From positions 1 to 49,774 of the forward strand of contig JAMOQL010000120.1 of NCBI GenBank assembly GCA_027064025.1: DNA of 49,774 nucleotides. The letters are read 5' to 3'. This document shows, piece by piece, positions 15,502 to 25,093 of this stretch. The stretch comes from Bacteroidales bacterium. Lineage in GTDB: Bacteria > Bacteroidota > Bacteroidia > Bacteroidales > JAFGXI01. A program made the position numbers and the translations under genes. The notes below the pieces were generated by a model. It had not been told where the DNA came from. It was given only the letters and a program-made list of their open reading frames with translations, and searched no databases. Positions within the stretch are counted from its first letter, which is position 1; every line of letters starts with the position of its first letter.

Positions 15502-16449
15502 TTAAAACAAACTGTACTGGAAACTTGTTTCTTCGTCCTCTTCGGGCACTGTCGTTGTTTCTTTATTATCTGTTTGTTTAGTTGTCGTTAATTCCTGCTC
15601 AACAATTATTGCCTCATCTTGTATTTGGCTTGGAATATTATTTGTTGAATCTTCATAAATTTCAGTTTCATTCTGAAGAGGCTCAACATTGTCTGTTCTC
15701 AAGTCTTTATTTACAACCCTATTTTTCCTATATTCATCCGAAACATGTTCTTGTTCAGGAATAATTTCGTTTCTGCGAAAGAAATAAACAACGCCATACT
15801 TACGACAAAGATTCCGTCTATGGACCTCTGGGTTAGGCTCAAAAGAAGCTTCTATCTCGTTCCATAATTGAAGAATTACTTTATCTACTTCAGGTCTATA
15901 ATTAGCGACTTGCTTACTTGCTCTTACATAACTATCCTGTAAATTTTTCTGAAACCGATAAGCCTCCTTAAAGTTTTCGTAGTGAACTTTAACAATCCCA
16001 ATAGTTGGATTTGTCATTGGGTTCCCCCCGTTAGCAATACGCTCTGGTTCACCATTCACAACTATCTCTCCCCATTTCAATAAACCTTGTTCTGTTTTTA
16101 TCTGTGGTAATTTCTTGGCATCTTTATCTAAATTAAAATAATCTCTAGCTTCTTTTTTTAAATCGCCTCTTATTATTGCTAAATTTAAAACCTGAATAAA
16201 ATGTGAAACGTAATTCCTTCCCTTTTTGTACAAATAATTATACTTAGGACTTTTCTCTGTTTGCAAGTGATAAGCTTCTTTCTGATACTGAATTAAGCGT
16301 TCAAAATGTGGCAACGTTTTAATAAGGTTATTCAGAGAGGATTGAGAAAATGGTTTATCACGTGGAGCTAAATCTTGGGCATTTTCTATAGCTAATTTTA
16401 ATGCTTTTAACCTTGCACTATCGGTATTAGGTAATCTTCTATATGGCAT
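15502..16449 (-). CDS. Hypothetical protein with an acidic, Thr/Glu-rich C-terminal tail
   Basis: 315-aa ORF with no signal peptide or TM. The N-terminus MPYRRLPNTDSARLKALKLAIENA is unfamiliar to me functionally. The last 90 aa or so are low-complexity and acidic. Confidence 0.6.
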   Translation of the reverse strand: MPYRRLPNTDSARLKALKLAIENAQDLAPRDKPFSQSSLNNLIKTLPHFERLIQYQKEAYHLQTEKSPKYNYLYKKGRNYVSHFIQVLNLAIIRGDLKKEARDYFNLDKDAKKLPQIKTEQGLLKWGEIVVNGEPERIANGGNPMTNPTIGIVKVHYENFKEAYRFQKNLQDSYVRASKQVANYRPEVDKVILQLWNEIEASFEPNPEVHRRNLCRKYGVVYFFRRNEIIPEQEHVSDEYRKNRVVNKDLRTDNVEPLQNETEIYEDSTNNIPSQIQDEAIIVEQELTTTKQTDNKETTTVPEEDEETSFQYSLF

Positions 16450-16624
16450 CTTATAGTTAATTTGTTTGTGCGAATTTACAAATTGATAATCAATATTTCA
16501 GTATTCGCTAAAATTTGTATCAACACTATCTTGTTAATTAAAAGAAACTTAATATATATTACAAGTTTTGAAACTAAACAACTGAAAATTAAGTATAAAA
16601 GAGTCAAACTTATAAATTAAAATT

Positions 16625-16825
16625 ATGAAACTCGTAATATTAGGTAGCACTTCGTACAAGATTATCACTAAAAAGAATTCGTATTGGGAATATGATTTTA
16701 AGAGTGCTAAAAAGATTTATGATAAATTAAAAAAAGAAACTCAAACTGTAAAATTAATCATTGAGCAATGGGAAGGAGAAATTGGTGGAGAAGGGGTCCA
16801 TAGTGAAGAAATTATTTACGAATAA
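16625..16825 (+). CDS. Small hypothetical protein (66 aa)
   Basis: This is the only non-overlapping ORF in the 16450..16828 gap. I recognise no motif, so coding status is uncertain. Confidence 0.3.
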   Translation: MKLVILGSTSYKIITKKNSYWEYDFKSAKKIYDKLKKETQTVKLIIEQWEGEIGGEGVHSEEIIYE

Positions 16826-16828
16826 AAA

Positions 16829-18484
16829 TTATTTATTTTCTTTATTAAAATCGTTCCAGTATTTTTTTACTGTTTGTTTCATATCTTTTCTGAGCATCAG
16901 AATTCCAAATAAATTAGGTAAGGTCATAAATGCAATTGCAATACCAGAAAAAGTCCAAATTATTGTAGTGTCGGTAAATGAGGCTACAAAAAATGCAACA
17001 ATATATACAAAATGGTAGTATTTAACATATTTACTTCCCCATAAATAAGTAACCGCCCTATCGCCATAATAAGACCAAGCAATAGCAGTAGAAAAGGCAA
17101 AAAGCAACAAACCTATCGTAACAATATATTCTCCCCAATCACCAAAGAATCCTCGAGTAAAGGCTAGTGCTGTTAAAGGTGCTGAATGCATCAAAGACCT
17201 TCCTATCAACTGAAAATCTTGACTTTTAAAATTTCCATCTGTAATAGAAACAATTCCTGTAAATAATTTCCCATCTTTCTTAACATGAACATCTTCGGCT
17301 AAAGAACGTGCATGAATAATACTTATATTATTTTTTATAATTCCCTCCTCTACATTTAATTTTCCTGTATAAGTTTCTAACTGATTTTCGCCCATAATAA
17401 AAGACCTAAGTATTTCTTTATCAGCAGGAATAGTATCGTCATACTTTTGATTTAATACTTTTAAATCTGAAAATTGAAAAGTATTTTCATGTTTTTCGTT
17501 CCATGTCCCCGATGATAATAAAGTCAGGCCTGTGAGAGAACAAATTAAAATAGTATCAATAAAAGGTTCTAAAATAGCAACCATTCCTTCAGAAACAGGT
17601 TCGTTCGCTTTGGCTGCAGCATGTGCAATTGGCGCTGAACCTTGTCCTGCCTCATTCGAAAACAAACCTCTATTTACGCCTCTATTAAATGCAAAAGCAA
17701 TACTTGCTCCAAGAAATCCACCTGTAGCGGCACTACCCGTAAATACATCTCCAAAAATAGAAATAATAGAAGGAAGAATATTTTCGTAATTATAAATAAT
17801 AACAGAAAGTGTTCCTAAAAAATAAATTAGAGCCATAGCAGGAACCAATTTCTCGGTGACTACAACAATTCTTTTTATACCTCCAATAATTACTAAGCCA
17901 AGAATCACAGCTAAAACCGCTCCTGTTATCCAATGTTGAATACCAAAACTTGCAAAAACAGAATTCGAAATACTATTTACTTGGGGCATATTCCCTGTAC
18001 CAAAAGAAGAAACAATAGTTGCAAAGGCAAAAATAGCCGCCAACCATTTCATATTCAGACCATTTTTCATAAAGTACATAGGACCACCCGAAATACTTCC
18101 ATCTATTGCTTTTTCTCTATATTTATGCGAAAGAGTAACTTCTACAAATTTGGTTGTCATTCCTAAAAATGCGGTAATTATCATCCAAAACATAGCTGCT
18201 GGCCCCCCAAGATGAATAGCCAAAGCCACTCCCGCAATATTCCCTGTTCCAACTGTTCCAGAAAGTGCTGTGGTTAATGCTTGAAAATGTGATGCATCTC
18301 CTACATCTGTAGACTTATCGTATTTGCCAGTTACAATTCTAAAAGCATGACGAAAATATCTTACTTGAGGAAATTTAAGATAAATGGTAAAAAATAAACC
18401 TGTTCCCAAAAGTAAAAAAACAAACCATGCAGAACCTCCAATATACCCGTCTAGATTTAACAATAATTGATTGACTGTCTGCAT
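16829..18484 (-). CDS. Alanine/glycine:cation symporter (AGCS family) with an internal soluble insertion
   Basis: 551 aa. AGCS hallmarks are [32 protein letters not shown] and [18 protein letters not shown] hydrophilic block of about 100 aa (aa ~328-430) interrupts the TM core. Confidence 0.85.
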   Translation of the reverse strand: MQTVNQLLLNLDGYIGGSAWFVFLLLGTGLFFTIYLKFPQVRYFRHAFRIVTGKYDKSTDVGDASHFQALTTALSGTVGTGNIAGVALAIHLGGPAAMFWMIITAFLGMTTKFVEVTLSHKYREKAIDGSISGGPMYFMKNGLNMKWLAAIFAFATIVSSFGTGNMPQVNSISNSVFASFGIQHWITGAVLAVILGLVIIGGIKRIVVVTEKLVPAMALIYFLGTLSVIIYNYENILPSIISIFGDVFTGSAATGGFLGASIAFAFNRGVNRGLFSNEAGQGSAPIAHAAAKANEPVSEGMVAILEPFIDTILICSLTGLTLLSSGTWNEKHENTFQFSDLKVLNQKYDDTIPADKEILRSFIMGENQLETYTGKLNVEEGIIKNNISIIHARSLAEDVHVKKDGKLFTGIVSITDGNFKSQDFQLIGRSLMHSAPLTALAFTRGFFGDWGEYIVTIGLLLFAFSTAIAWSYYGDRAVTYLWGSKYVKYYHFVYIVAFFVASFTDTTIIWTFSGIAIAFMTLPNLFGILMLRKDMKQTVKKYWNDFNKENK

Positions 18485-18493
18485 TTTGCGTAA

Positions 18494-19180
18494 CTATTTA
18501 GATTCTATTAACGTTTTAATATAAGGTATTATTTTATCAAAAATTTCCTTGGCATTACCCATTTCATTTGAAGAATTGGCGCAGTTAACCATTTTAAATT
18601 TATCTCGAATAGCAACTTGTTGCATATATATAAATCTTACTTGCTGTTGGAAATTCAGATCTTCTTCATGGATATCTGCTTGACCATGTAAATAATCTCT
18701 ATCACCGCCATCTCTTTGCTTTGTGAGCTGAGTTTCTGTAAAGCTCGGCGGTACATCTAAAAATATGTTTAGATCTGGTTTTGGAATCTTAAAATACTCA
18801 AACTCCATATCTAAAATCCAATTTGCCAAGCGATCTTGCTCGTGAATGGTTCCTAATTTTGCACATTGAAAAGCAACATTTGAATACACATATCGATCGG
18901 CAATAACAACATAACCTTCGCCCAACCAATTCTTAATCTGTACTTTAGAATTATTTCTGTCGCCAGCATATAATAAGGCAACCAAATGTGGATTAACTTG
19001 ATTGTTTGCTCCCAATTCGCCTCTCAAGAATTTAGCAACCAACTCTCCAAAAATGGGTGATTCGGTTTCTGGGAAATGAATAAACTTAGTTTTTAAACCC
19101 TTATCGTTAAAATACTGAGTAATTTTTTCTACTTGTGTAGATTTTCCAGCACCATCTAAACCTTCTAAAACTATGAACAT
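18494..19180 (-). CDS. tmk: dTMP (thymidylate) kinase
   Basis: 228 aa with the P-loop MFIVLEGLDGAGKSTQ and a DRY motif (ADRYVYS). Confidence 0.85.
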   Translation of the reverse strand: MFIVLEGLDGAGKSTQVEKITQYFNDKGLKTKFIHFPETESPIFGELVAKFLRGELGANNQVNPHLVALLYAGDRNNSKVQIKNWLGEGYVVIADRYVYSNVAFQCAKLGTIHEQDRLANWILDMEFEYFKIPKPDLNIFLDVPPSFTETQLTKQRDGGDRDYLHGQADIHEEDLNFQQQVRFIYMQQVAIRDKFKMVNCANSSNEMGNAKEIFDKIIPYIKTLIESK

Positions 19181-19253
19181 TCGTTATTTTTTAATGATTT
19201 TGACTACAAAAATAATATTTTATAGTTGATATTATCTAGTCTTAGCTTATTAT

Positions 19254-20303
19254 TTATTGATTGAAATAAATCCTTAATTCTGTATCGTCGAAATGGTAAA
19301 TAGAATTAACTCTTGCCCTAAAATCTGGAGCTTTAATTCCTGATCCAAACTGTTTTGATCCTACAAAAACTCTTGCTTCGTCCCAAATATTTTTTGAAAT
19401 AAAACCATCTAAAACAATTTGCCCTCCTTCAATAACTATAGACTGAACTTCCATTTTGTACAATTCATTTAAAATCTGATTCTCAAGTTCTATTTTATCA
19501 TCAATTAAAATAAAATTAGTATTCTGATATGTCCTAGACGGCAACTTAGAAGTAAAAATAATAGTCTTCTGAGAGTCGTCAAGCAGATTTAAGTTTTCAG
19601 GGAAAATACCTTTCCTATCAACCGAAACTCTCAAAGGAGCATTCCCCGCCCAAGCCCTTACGTTAAGCTGAGGATTATCTTTAATAGCTGTTTGTGTTCC
19701 AACCAAAAACGCAGGCTCTTCTGTCCGCCATTTATGTACATACGATCGAGATATTTCGTTTGTTATCCAAGCAGCCTCGGGATGTTCTTGAGTCCTATCG
19801 TAATCTATAAACCCGTCTTTTGTTTCTGCCCATTTAAGAATAATATAAGGTCTTTTCTTTTGATGAAATGTAAAAAATCTTCTATTAATATCTAAGCTTT
19901 CTTTTTCTAGCACACCTACTCGAACATCAATACCCGCCGCTTTCATCATTGCAATACCTTGCCCAGCAACCTTATCGAAACTATCGACACAACCAATAAC
20001 GACACAAGGAATCTTACTATTAATAATTAATGTTGAACAAGCAGGGGTTCTACCAACATGAGCACAAGGCTCTAGGTTCACATATATAGTAGAGCGCTCT
20101 AATAGAGATTTATCTTCAACAGAATTTATCGCATTAACCTCGGCATGAGCCTCTCCACACTGATGATGATATCCTTCTCCAATAATTTTACCATCATGTA
20201 CTATTACCGACCCTACCATAGGATTCGGTTGAGCCGTTCCTCGTCCCAATTTGGCTAGTTGCAAACAACGGTGCATGTATTTTATATCTACAGATGTTTC
20301 CAA
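19254..20303 (-). CDS. ribD: Bifunctional riboflavin biosynthesis protein RibD (deaminase/reductase)
   Basis: 349 aa. The CMP/dCMP deaminase zinc motifs HAEVNA and PCAHVGRTPAC are present, with a C-terminal RibD reductase-like domain. Confidence 0.9.
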   Translation of the reverse strand: METSVDIKYMHRCLQLAKLGRGTAQPNPMVGSVIVHDGKIIGEGYHHQCGEAHAEVNAINSVEDKSLLERSTIYVNLEPCAHVGRTPACSTLIINSKIPCVVIGCVDSFDKVAGQGIAMMKAAGIDVRVGVLEKESLDINRRFFTFHQKKRPYIILKWAETKDGFIDYDRTQEHPEAAWITNEISRSYVHKWRTEEPAFLVGTQTAIKDNPQLNVRAWAGNAPLRVSVDRKGIFPENLNLLDDSQKTIIFTSKLPSRTYQNTNFILIDDKIELENQILNELYKMEVQSIVIEGGQIVLDGFISKNIWDEARVFVGSKQFGSGIKAPDFRARVNSIYHFDDTELRIYFNQ

Positions 20304-20306
20304 TAT

Positions 20307-21779
20307 TTATTTTTTAAACCAACTCTCAACTAAATCCAAACTCTTAAAAGCATTTCCTATATAAGAATATTCGTTGGTATGAGAGCTGTATTCATAATCT
20401 TTTTCTAAATCTTCAACGTCTTGAATAATTTCTTCAACAGCATTAATAATCAACTCTAACTCAGAGTTTTTCATCGTTGGATGAATAGATAACCTAACCC
20501 AACCTGGTTTTAAAGACAAATCACCAAGGTTAATCTTTTCTGTTATTTCATGCGACTTTTTATAGTCAACATCTAACATTATATGACCGTAAGTACCTGC
20601 GCAAGCACAGCCTCCACGAACTTGTACTCCATATTTATCACTCAATAATTTCACAATTAAATTGAAATGAATATCGTTATGATAAAAAGAAATAGCCCCT
20701 ATCCTATTTCTATGCTCTTGAGCCAAAACATTGATACCTTCTATTTTTGTTAGTCCATCAATAGCCAAATTTACCAACTCATGTTCTCGTTGCATAATCT
20801 TTTTACAATCCATTTCTTCTTTAAGCTGAATACTTAAAGCAGTCCTCATCGTTTGTAAAAAGCCAGGAGTCCCTCCATCTTCACGGAGTTCTATATCATC
20901 AATAAATTTATACTCTCCCCAAGCGTTAGTCCAATCTACAGTTCCTCCACCTGGATTATCTGGAACTGCATTTTTGTATAGAGACTTATCAAAAATTAAT
21001 ACACCCGAAGAACCTGGGCCTCCCAAAAATTTATGTGGTGAAAACATGACAGCATCAAGTTTATCCATATTATCTTTAGGATGCATATCTATCTCAACAT
21101 AGGGTGCCGATCCTGCAAAATCAATAAAACAAAGCCCCCCATTTTCGTGCATTAATTTCGCCATCTGATGATATGGAGTAATAATTCCTGTAACATTGGA
21201 TGCCGCTGAGAAAGCTCCAATTTTTAACGTTCTATCTTTATATTTTTCTAATTCTAATTTTAAATTATCGAGCGAAACCAATAAATCGTTTGAAGGAGGC
21301 ACAATAACCACATCACAATCTGTTAAATACCAAGATGTTTGATTAGAATGATGCTCCATATGCGTAATAAAAACAACTGGTCTTTCGCTCGTTCTGCAAC
21401 TACAAGATTCGTTAATCTTCTGATTACAAGTCTTTAATCCTAAAATCCGTTGAAACTTATTAACAACTGCTGTCATTCCAAAGCCTGCCGTTATTATTAC
21501 ATCATTTTCGTTAGCATTGACATGAGATTTAATAATATGTTGAGCCCGATGATATGCTCGAGTCATCTGAGTTCCACTTTCGCTAGTTTCTGTATGAGTA
21601 TTGGCAACGAAAGGACCAATATCATTAATTATTTTCTCTTCGATGGGTCGATATAAACGCCCCGAAGCAATCCAATCGGCGTAAATCATAATTTGTTTAC
21701 CAAAAGGAGAATGATAAACTTGTTGATCGCCAATAATATTTTTTCTAAATGTTTGGAAGTATTGTTCAAGATTGCTCAT
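20307..21779 (-). CDS. Class V aminotransferase-fold PLP-dependent enzyme (cysteine desulfurase-like family)
   Basis: 490 aa. PLP-lysine context FSPHKFLGGPGSSGVL and overall class V layout. Substrate is unknown. Confidence 0.75.
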   Translation of the reverse strand: MSNLEQYFQTFRKNIIGDQQVYHSPFGKQIMIYADWIASGRLYRPIEEKIINDIGPFVANTHTETSESGTQMTRAYHRAQHIIKSHVNANENDVIITAGFGMTAVVNKFQRILGLKTCNQKINESCSCRTSERPVVFITHMEHHSNQTSWYLTDCDVVIVPPSNDLLVSLDNLKLELEKYKDRTLKIGAFSAASNVTGIITPYHQMAKLMHENGGLCFIDFAGSAPYVEIDMHPKDNMDKLDAVMFSPHKFLGGPGSSGVLIFDKSLYKNAVPDNPGGGTVDWTNAWGEYKFIDDIELREDGGTPGFLQTMRTALSIQLKEEMDCKKIMQREHELVNLAIDGLTKIEGINVLAQEHRNRIGAISFYHNDIHFNLIVKLLSDKYGVQVRGGCACAGTYGHIMLDVDYKKSHEITEKINLGDLSLKPGWVRLSIHPTMKNSELELIINAVEEIIQDVEDLEKDYEYSSHTNEYSYIGNAFKSLDLVESWFKK

Positions 21780-21855
21780 AGTCTGTTAATTTCTTTCAAA
21801 AATAGATAAAACCACAAAAAAAACGCCCTACAAAAGGGTAACAAAAGATTAAATT

Positions 21856-23097
21856 CTACAAATTATTATCTACTAGGTATTGTGCTGTATTTCTGGACTT
21901 TTGCTCTAAATAAACAGTTCTATCTTCGAGTAACTCATCAATTTTTGACTTTGTATAATGTCGAATTGTTATCAATTCTAAATTAGAATTGTATTTAACA
22001 TCAAAATCAATAGATATTTTTTTCAACATGGCATCAAACAAACGAGGCAAAAAATCTACTACTACCGAAAAACTAACTGCACCATTCTGCATCATATTTA
22101 CTTTAGCATTAAATTCAGATAAGACCGAAAAAATAGAGGCTAAATTCTTTTCATCTACAAACGAAAAATCTCGAGTTCTTATAGAAAGTAAAACTTGATG
22201 ATTCTTAATTATTACAATTGGTGTTGAAATATTTGCTTTATTGTGACTCACCAAAGTTCCTTTATCATTGGGATTCTCAAAAGATTTTACCATTAATGGG
22301 ATTCTCTTATTCTTAAGCGGTTGAATAGTCTTTGGATGAATAACTTGTGCCCCAAAAAAAGCTAATTCGATAGCATCGTAAAAAGATAATTCTGGTAATA
22401 GTTCTGGATTATCGAACAATCGAGGGTCTACATTTAATACACCTGGAACATCTTTCCAAATAGAAATAGACTCTGCAGAAAACGCATAAGCTAAAATAGC
22501 CGCACTATAGTCGGAGCCTTCTCTTCCCAAACTTGTGGAATGCCCTAGTAAATCAGAAGCTATAAAACCTTGAGTTAAAAACACTCTCTTCTTAGAAAAA
22601 TCGATCTTTTGTTTTGCGAGCTGGACTGTTTGCTTCCAGTTTACTTTTGCAAATCGATAATTTGAATCCGTTTTAATAATATCTCGAACATCAACCCAAG
22701 CTGCTCCCCCCACATTCTCTCTTATGTAAATCCACACTATTATTGTCGAAAATAATTCTCCAAAACCAATTAATCTATCATATTCATAATTATAATTATC
22801 AGAAACTTTTTTCTTTAATTCGATTTCTAACAACGATAAATATTCGTCGAACAAACAATTCTGAATATCTAAATTTTGTATTATTTTTCGATGAAAATCG
22901 ACAATAGATTGAAGTTCAGAACTAAAATCTTGATTTGAAAAATAAACATTAATGAGTTTCTCAAAAGCATTAGTCATCTTACCCATAGCGGAAATAACAA
23001 CTAGTATATCCCCTTGTTCTTTCGATAAAATATCGACAAGATTGCGAACTCCATTTGCATCTTTTACCGATGCGCCACCAAATTTAAAAACTTGCAT
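21856..23097 (-). CDS. lysC: Aspartate kinase
   Basis: I moved the start to the ATG at 23097 (MQVFKFGGASVKD, the canonical aspartokinase N-terminus). The 54 aa upstream in the ORF track are AT-rich read-through into the divergent promoter region. The C-terminal region is ACT-like. Confidence 0.85.
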   Translation of the reverse strand: MQVFKFGGASVKDANGVRNLVDILSKEQGDILVVISAMGKMTNAFEKLINVYFSNQDFSSELQSIVDFHRKIIQNLDIQNCLFDEYLSLLEIELKKKVSDNYNYEYDRLIGFGELFSTIIVWIYIRENVGGAAWVDVRDIIKTDSNYRFAKVNWKQTVQLAKQKIDFSKKRVFLTQGFIASDLLGHSTSLGREGSDYSAAILAYAFSAESISIWKDVPGVLNVDPRLFDNPELLPELSFYDAIELAFFGAQVIHPKTIQPLKNKRIPLMVKSFENPNDKGTLVSHNKANISTPIVIIKNHQVLLSIRTRDFSFVDEKNLASIFSVLSEFNAKVNMMQNGAVSFSVVVDFLPRLFDAMLKKISIDFDVKYNSNLELITIRHYTKSKIDELLEDRTVYLEQKSRNTAQYLVDNNL

Positions 23098-23153
23098 AAG
23101 TAACAAAGATAAAAACAATTGACGATTGATAATGTATAATTGATAATTGATAT

Positions 23154-23161
23154 TATTTTTG
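23154..23161 (+). promoter_or_regulatory. -7 box candidate (TATTTTTG) for the LeuC/LeuD-like gene
   Basis: Matches TAnnTTTG and lies 33 nt upstream of the ATG at 23194. Confidence 0.35.
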
Positions 23162-23193
23162 TAAGAAATATTTGATAATAAATTACAAAAAAT

Positions 23194-25002
23194 ATGGGAC
23201 TTACACTTATTGAAAAGATAATTGCTAACCACTCTAAACATGATGTGGTAAAGCCACACGAAATTATCGACATAGAAATTGATGCTAGAGCTGCACGTGA
23301 TTTTGGCGGACCCAATGTGGTCAAAAATATCGAAGATTATGGATTAGAAATTGACGATGTTTCTAAAACTTTCTTCACTTTTGACACTAACCCAACTGGC
23401 TCCGACCAGAAATACGCTGTAAATCAGCAAATTATACGTGTATTTGCTAGAAAACATGGTATTAAAGTTTTCGATATTGATAATGGAATTGGGACTCATA
23501 CAATGATGTCTGAAGGAATTGCCTATCCTGGTTCTACAGGTTTAACTACAGACTCCCACGCCAACATTCTTGGAGCTATTGGTGCATTTGGTCAAGGTAT
23601 GGGTGATAAAGATATGGCCGCTGCTTTTTCGAAAGGAAAAATATGGTTTAAAGTACCAGAATCTGTAAAAATCAATCTTAATGGGAAACGACCTAAAGGT
23701 ATTTCTGCCAAGGATATTACCTTAAATTTACTCTCTATTTTTGGAGCCAATAAATTATTGGGTTACTCAGTAGAAATTTATGGAGAAGAGGTCGAAAAAT
23801 TAACTTTAGACGAAAGAATTACAATTTCTTCTATGGCCACAGAAATGGGAGCAATCATTTTACTTTTTACGCCAAACGATAAGATAATGGCTTATTCGGA
23901 AAAGGCAACAGGCAGAAAATTAGAAAAAATTGTTGCAGATTCGGATGCTAAATATAAAGAAGTTTTCGATATTGACATGGCAAAATTTACTAGAAAAGTT
24001 TCGCTTCCTGGAGCCCCTCACGATACAGCTAATATTTCGGATGCAAAAAAAACAAAAATTGACTCTGCATTTATTGGCAGCTGCACCAATGGAAGAATCG
24101 AAGATTTAAGAGAAACGGCTAAGGTTTTAAAAGGCAATCATGTTGCGCCAGGTGTGGTTCTTAAAATTGTTCCTACTACAGACGCTATCTGGAATCAAGC
24201 ATACGACGAAGGTCTAATTAAGATTTTTAAAGATGCTGGAGCCTTAGTTTCTAATGCAGGTTGTGCAGGTTGTGCAGCTGGACAAGTTGGACAAAATGGT
24301 CCTGGAGAGATTACTATAAGCACAGGGAACCGTAACTTCCCAGGGAAACAAGGGAAAGGGGAAGTCTACTTATCGTCTCCAGCCGCAGTTGCTGCTTCTT
24401 CGATTGCAGGATACATTACCACTGAAGATGATATACCAAATGAGCCTGCCGTATTTACTATGGACGAATTGGAACAAAAATTAAAAAAAGCTAAAGCACC
24501 ACAACAACATAACGAAAATCCAACTGTTGTCGAAGGACGGGTTTGGTACATTAAAGAAGACAATATCGATACTGATATGATTTTCCATAATCGTTATTTG
24601 GCTATTACCGACATAAAGGAAATGGGACAATATATTTTCGATAATCTAGAGGGCTACGAAAACTTTGCTAAAGAATGTAAAAAAGGGGATATTGTTCTCG
24701 TACAAAAAAACTTTGGTTCAGGGTCTTCTCGCCAGCAAGCGGTTGATGGATACAAAGCATTAGGGACATCGGTTATTATTGCAGAATCGTTCGGAGCAAT
24801 CTACGAGAGAAACGCCATTAATGCAGCGATGCCAATTATGACTTACGAGAATCTTAAAGGCTTAAATTTAGAAGATGGTGATATTCTAAAAGTAGATTTT
24901 GAGTCTGGAATTATTGAAAATAAAACAAAAGACACTAAAATCCAAGCTAATCCTTTTTCTGAGGTTCAGCTAGAAATATACAAAACAGGAGGATTATTTT
25001 AA
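23194..25002 (+). CDS. Aconitase-superfamily dehydratase with fused large and small subunits (LeuC/HacA-like plus LeuD/HacB-like)
   Basis: 602 aa. The N-terminal part has the type-II LeuC/homoaconitase-like start LTLIEKII..H and the Fe-S ligand contexts IGSCTNGR and GCAGCAAGQ. A linker near aa 410-445 joins it to a LeuD-like swivel domain (GRVWYIKEDNIDTDMI..GSGSSRQQA). Confidence 0.8.
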   Translation: MGLTLIEKIIANHSKHDVVKPHEIIDIEIDARAARDFGGPNVVKNIEDYGLEIDDVSKTFFTFDTNPTGSDQKYAVNQQIIRVFARKHGIKVFDIDNGIGTHTMMSEGIAYPGSTGLTTDSHANILGAIGAFGQGMGDKDMAAAFSKGKIWFKVPESVKINLNGKRPKGISAKDITLNLLSIFGANKLLGYSVEIYGEEVEKLTLDERITISSMATEMGAIILLFTPNDKIMAYSEKATGRKLEKIVADSDAKYKEVFDIDMAKFTRKVSLPGAPHDTANISDAKKTKIDSAFIGSCTNGRIEDLRETAKVLKGNHVAPGVVLKIVPTTDAIWNQAYDEGLIKIFKDAGALVSNAGCAGCAAGQVGQNGPGEITISTGNRNFPGKQGKGEVYLSSPAAVAASSIAGYITTEDDIPNEPAVFTMDELEQKLKKAKAPQQHNENPTVVEGRVWYIKEDNIDTDMIFHNRYLAITDIKEMGQYIFDNLEGYENFAKECKKGDIVLVQKNFGSGSSRQQAVDGYKALGTSVIIAESFGAIYERNAINAAMPIMTYENLKGLNLEDGDILKVDFESGIIENKTKDTKIQANPFSEVQLEIYKTGGLF

Positions 25003-25018
25003 TCCTTTTCATTCATAA

Positions 25019-25058
25019 GAAAAAGCTGACTGTTAATCATAAACGGTCAGCTTTTTTA
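25019..25058. terminator. Bidirectional rho-independent terminator between convergent genes
   Basis: The hairpin agctgactgtt / aacggtcagct has an 11-bp stem with one G-T pair and the loop aatcata. It is flanked by an A-run upstream and TTTTTT downstream. It sits between the stops at 25002 (+) and 25094 (-). Confidence 0.75.
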
Positions 25059-25093
25059 TTGGAATTATCTTGTCCTAAATAATCGTTACAGGT

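Noticed and set aside
23098-23193. Possible lysine (L-box) riboswitch upstream of aspartate kinase
   Set aside because: Only 96 nt are shared with the divergent gene's promoter. That is too short for an L-box aptamer plus expression platform, and I saw no extended conserved helices.
23064-23324. 86-aa minus-strand ORF spanning the lysC/dehydratase intergenic region
   Set aside because: It overlaps the 5' ends of both well-supported divergent genes and the promoter region, and its translation has no recognisable features.
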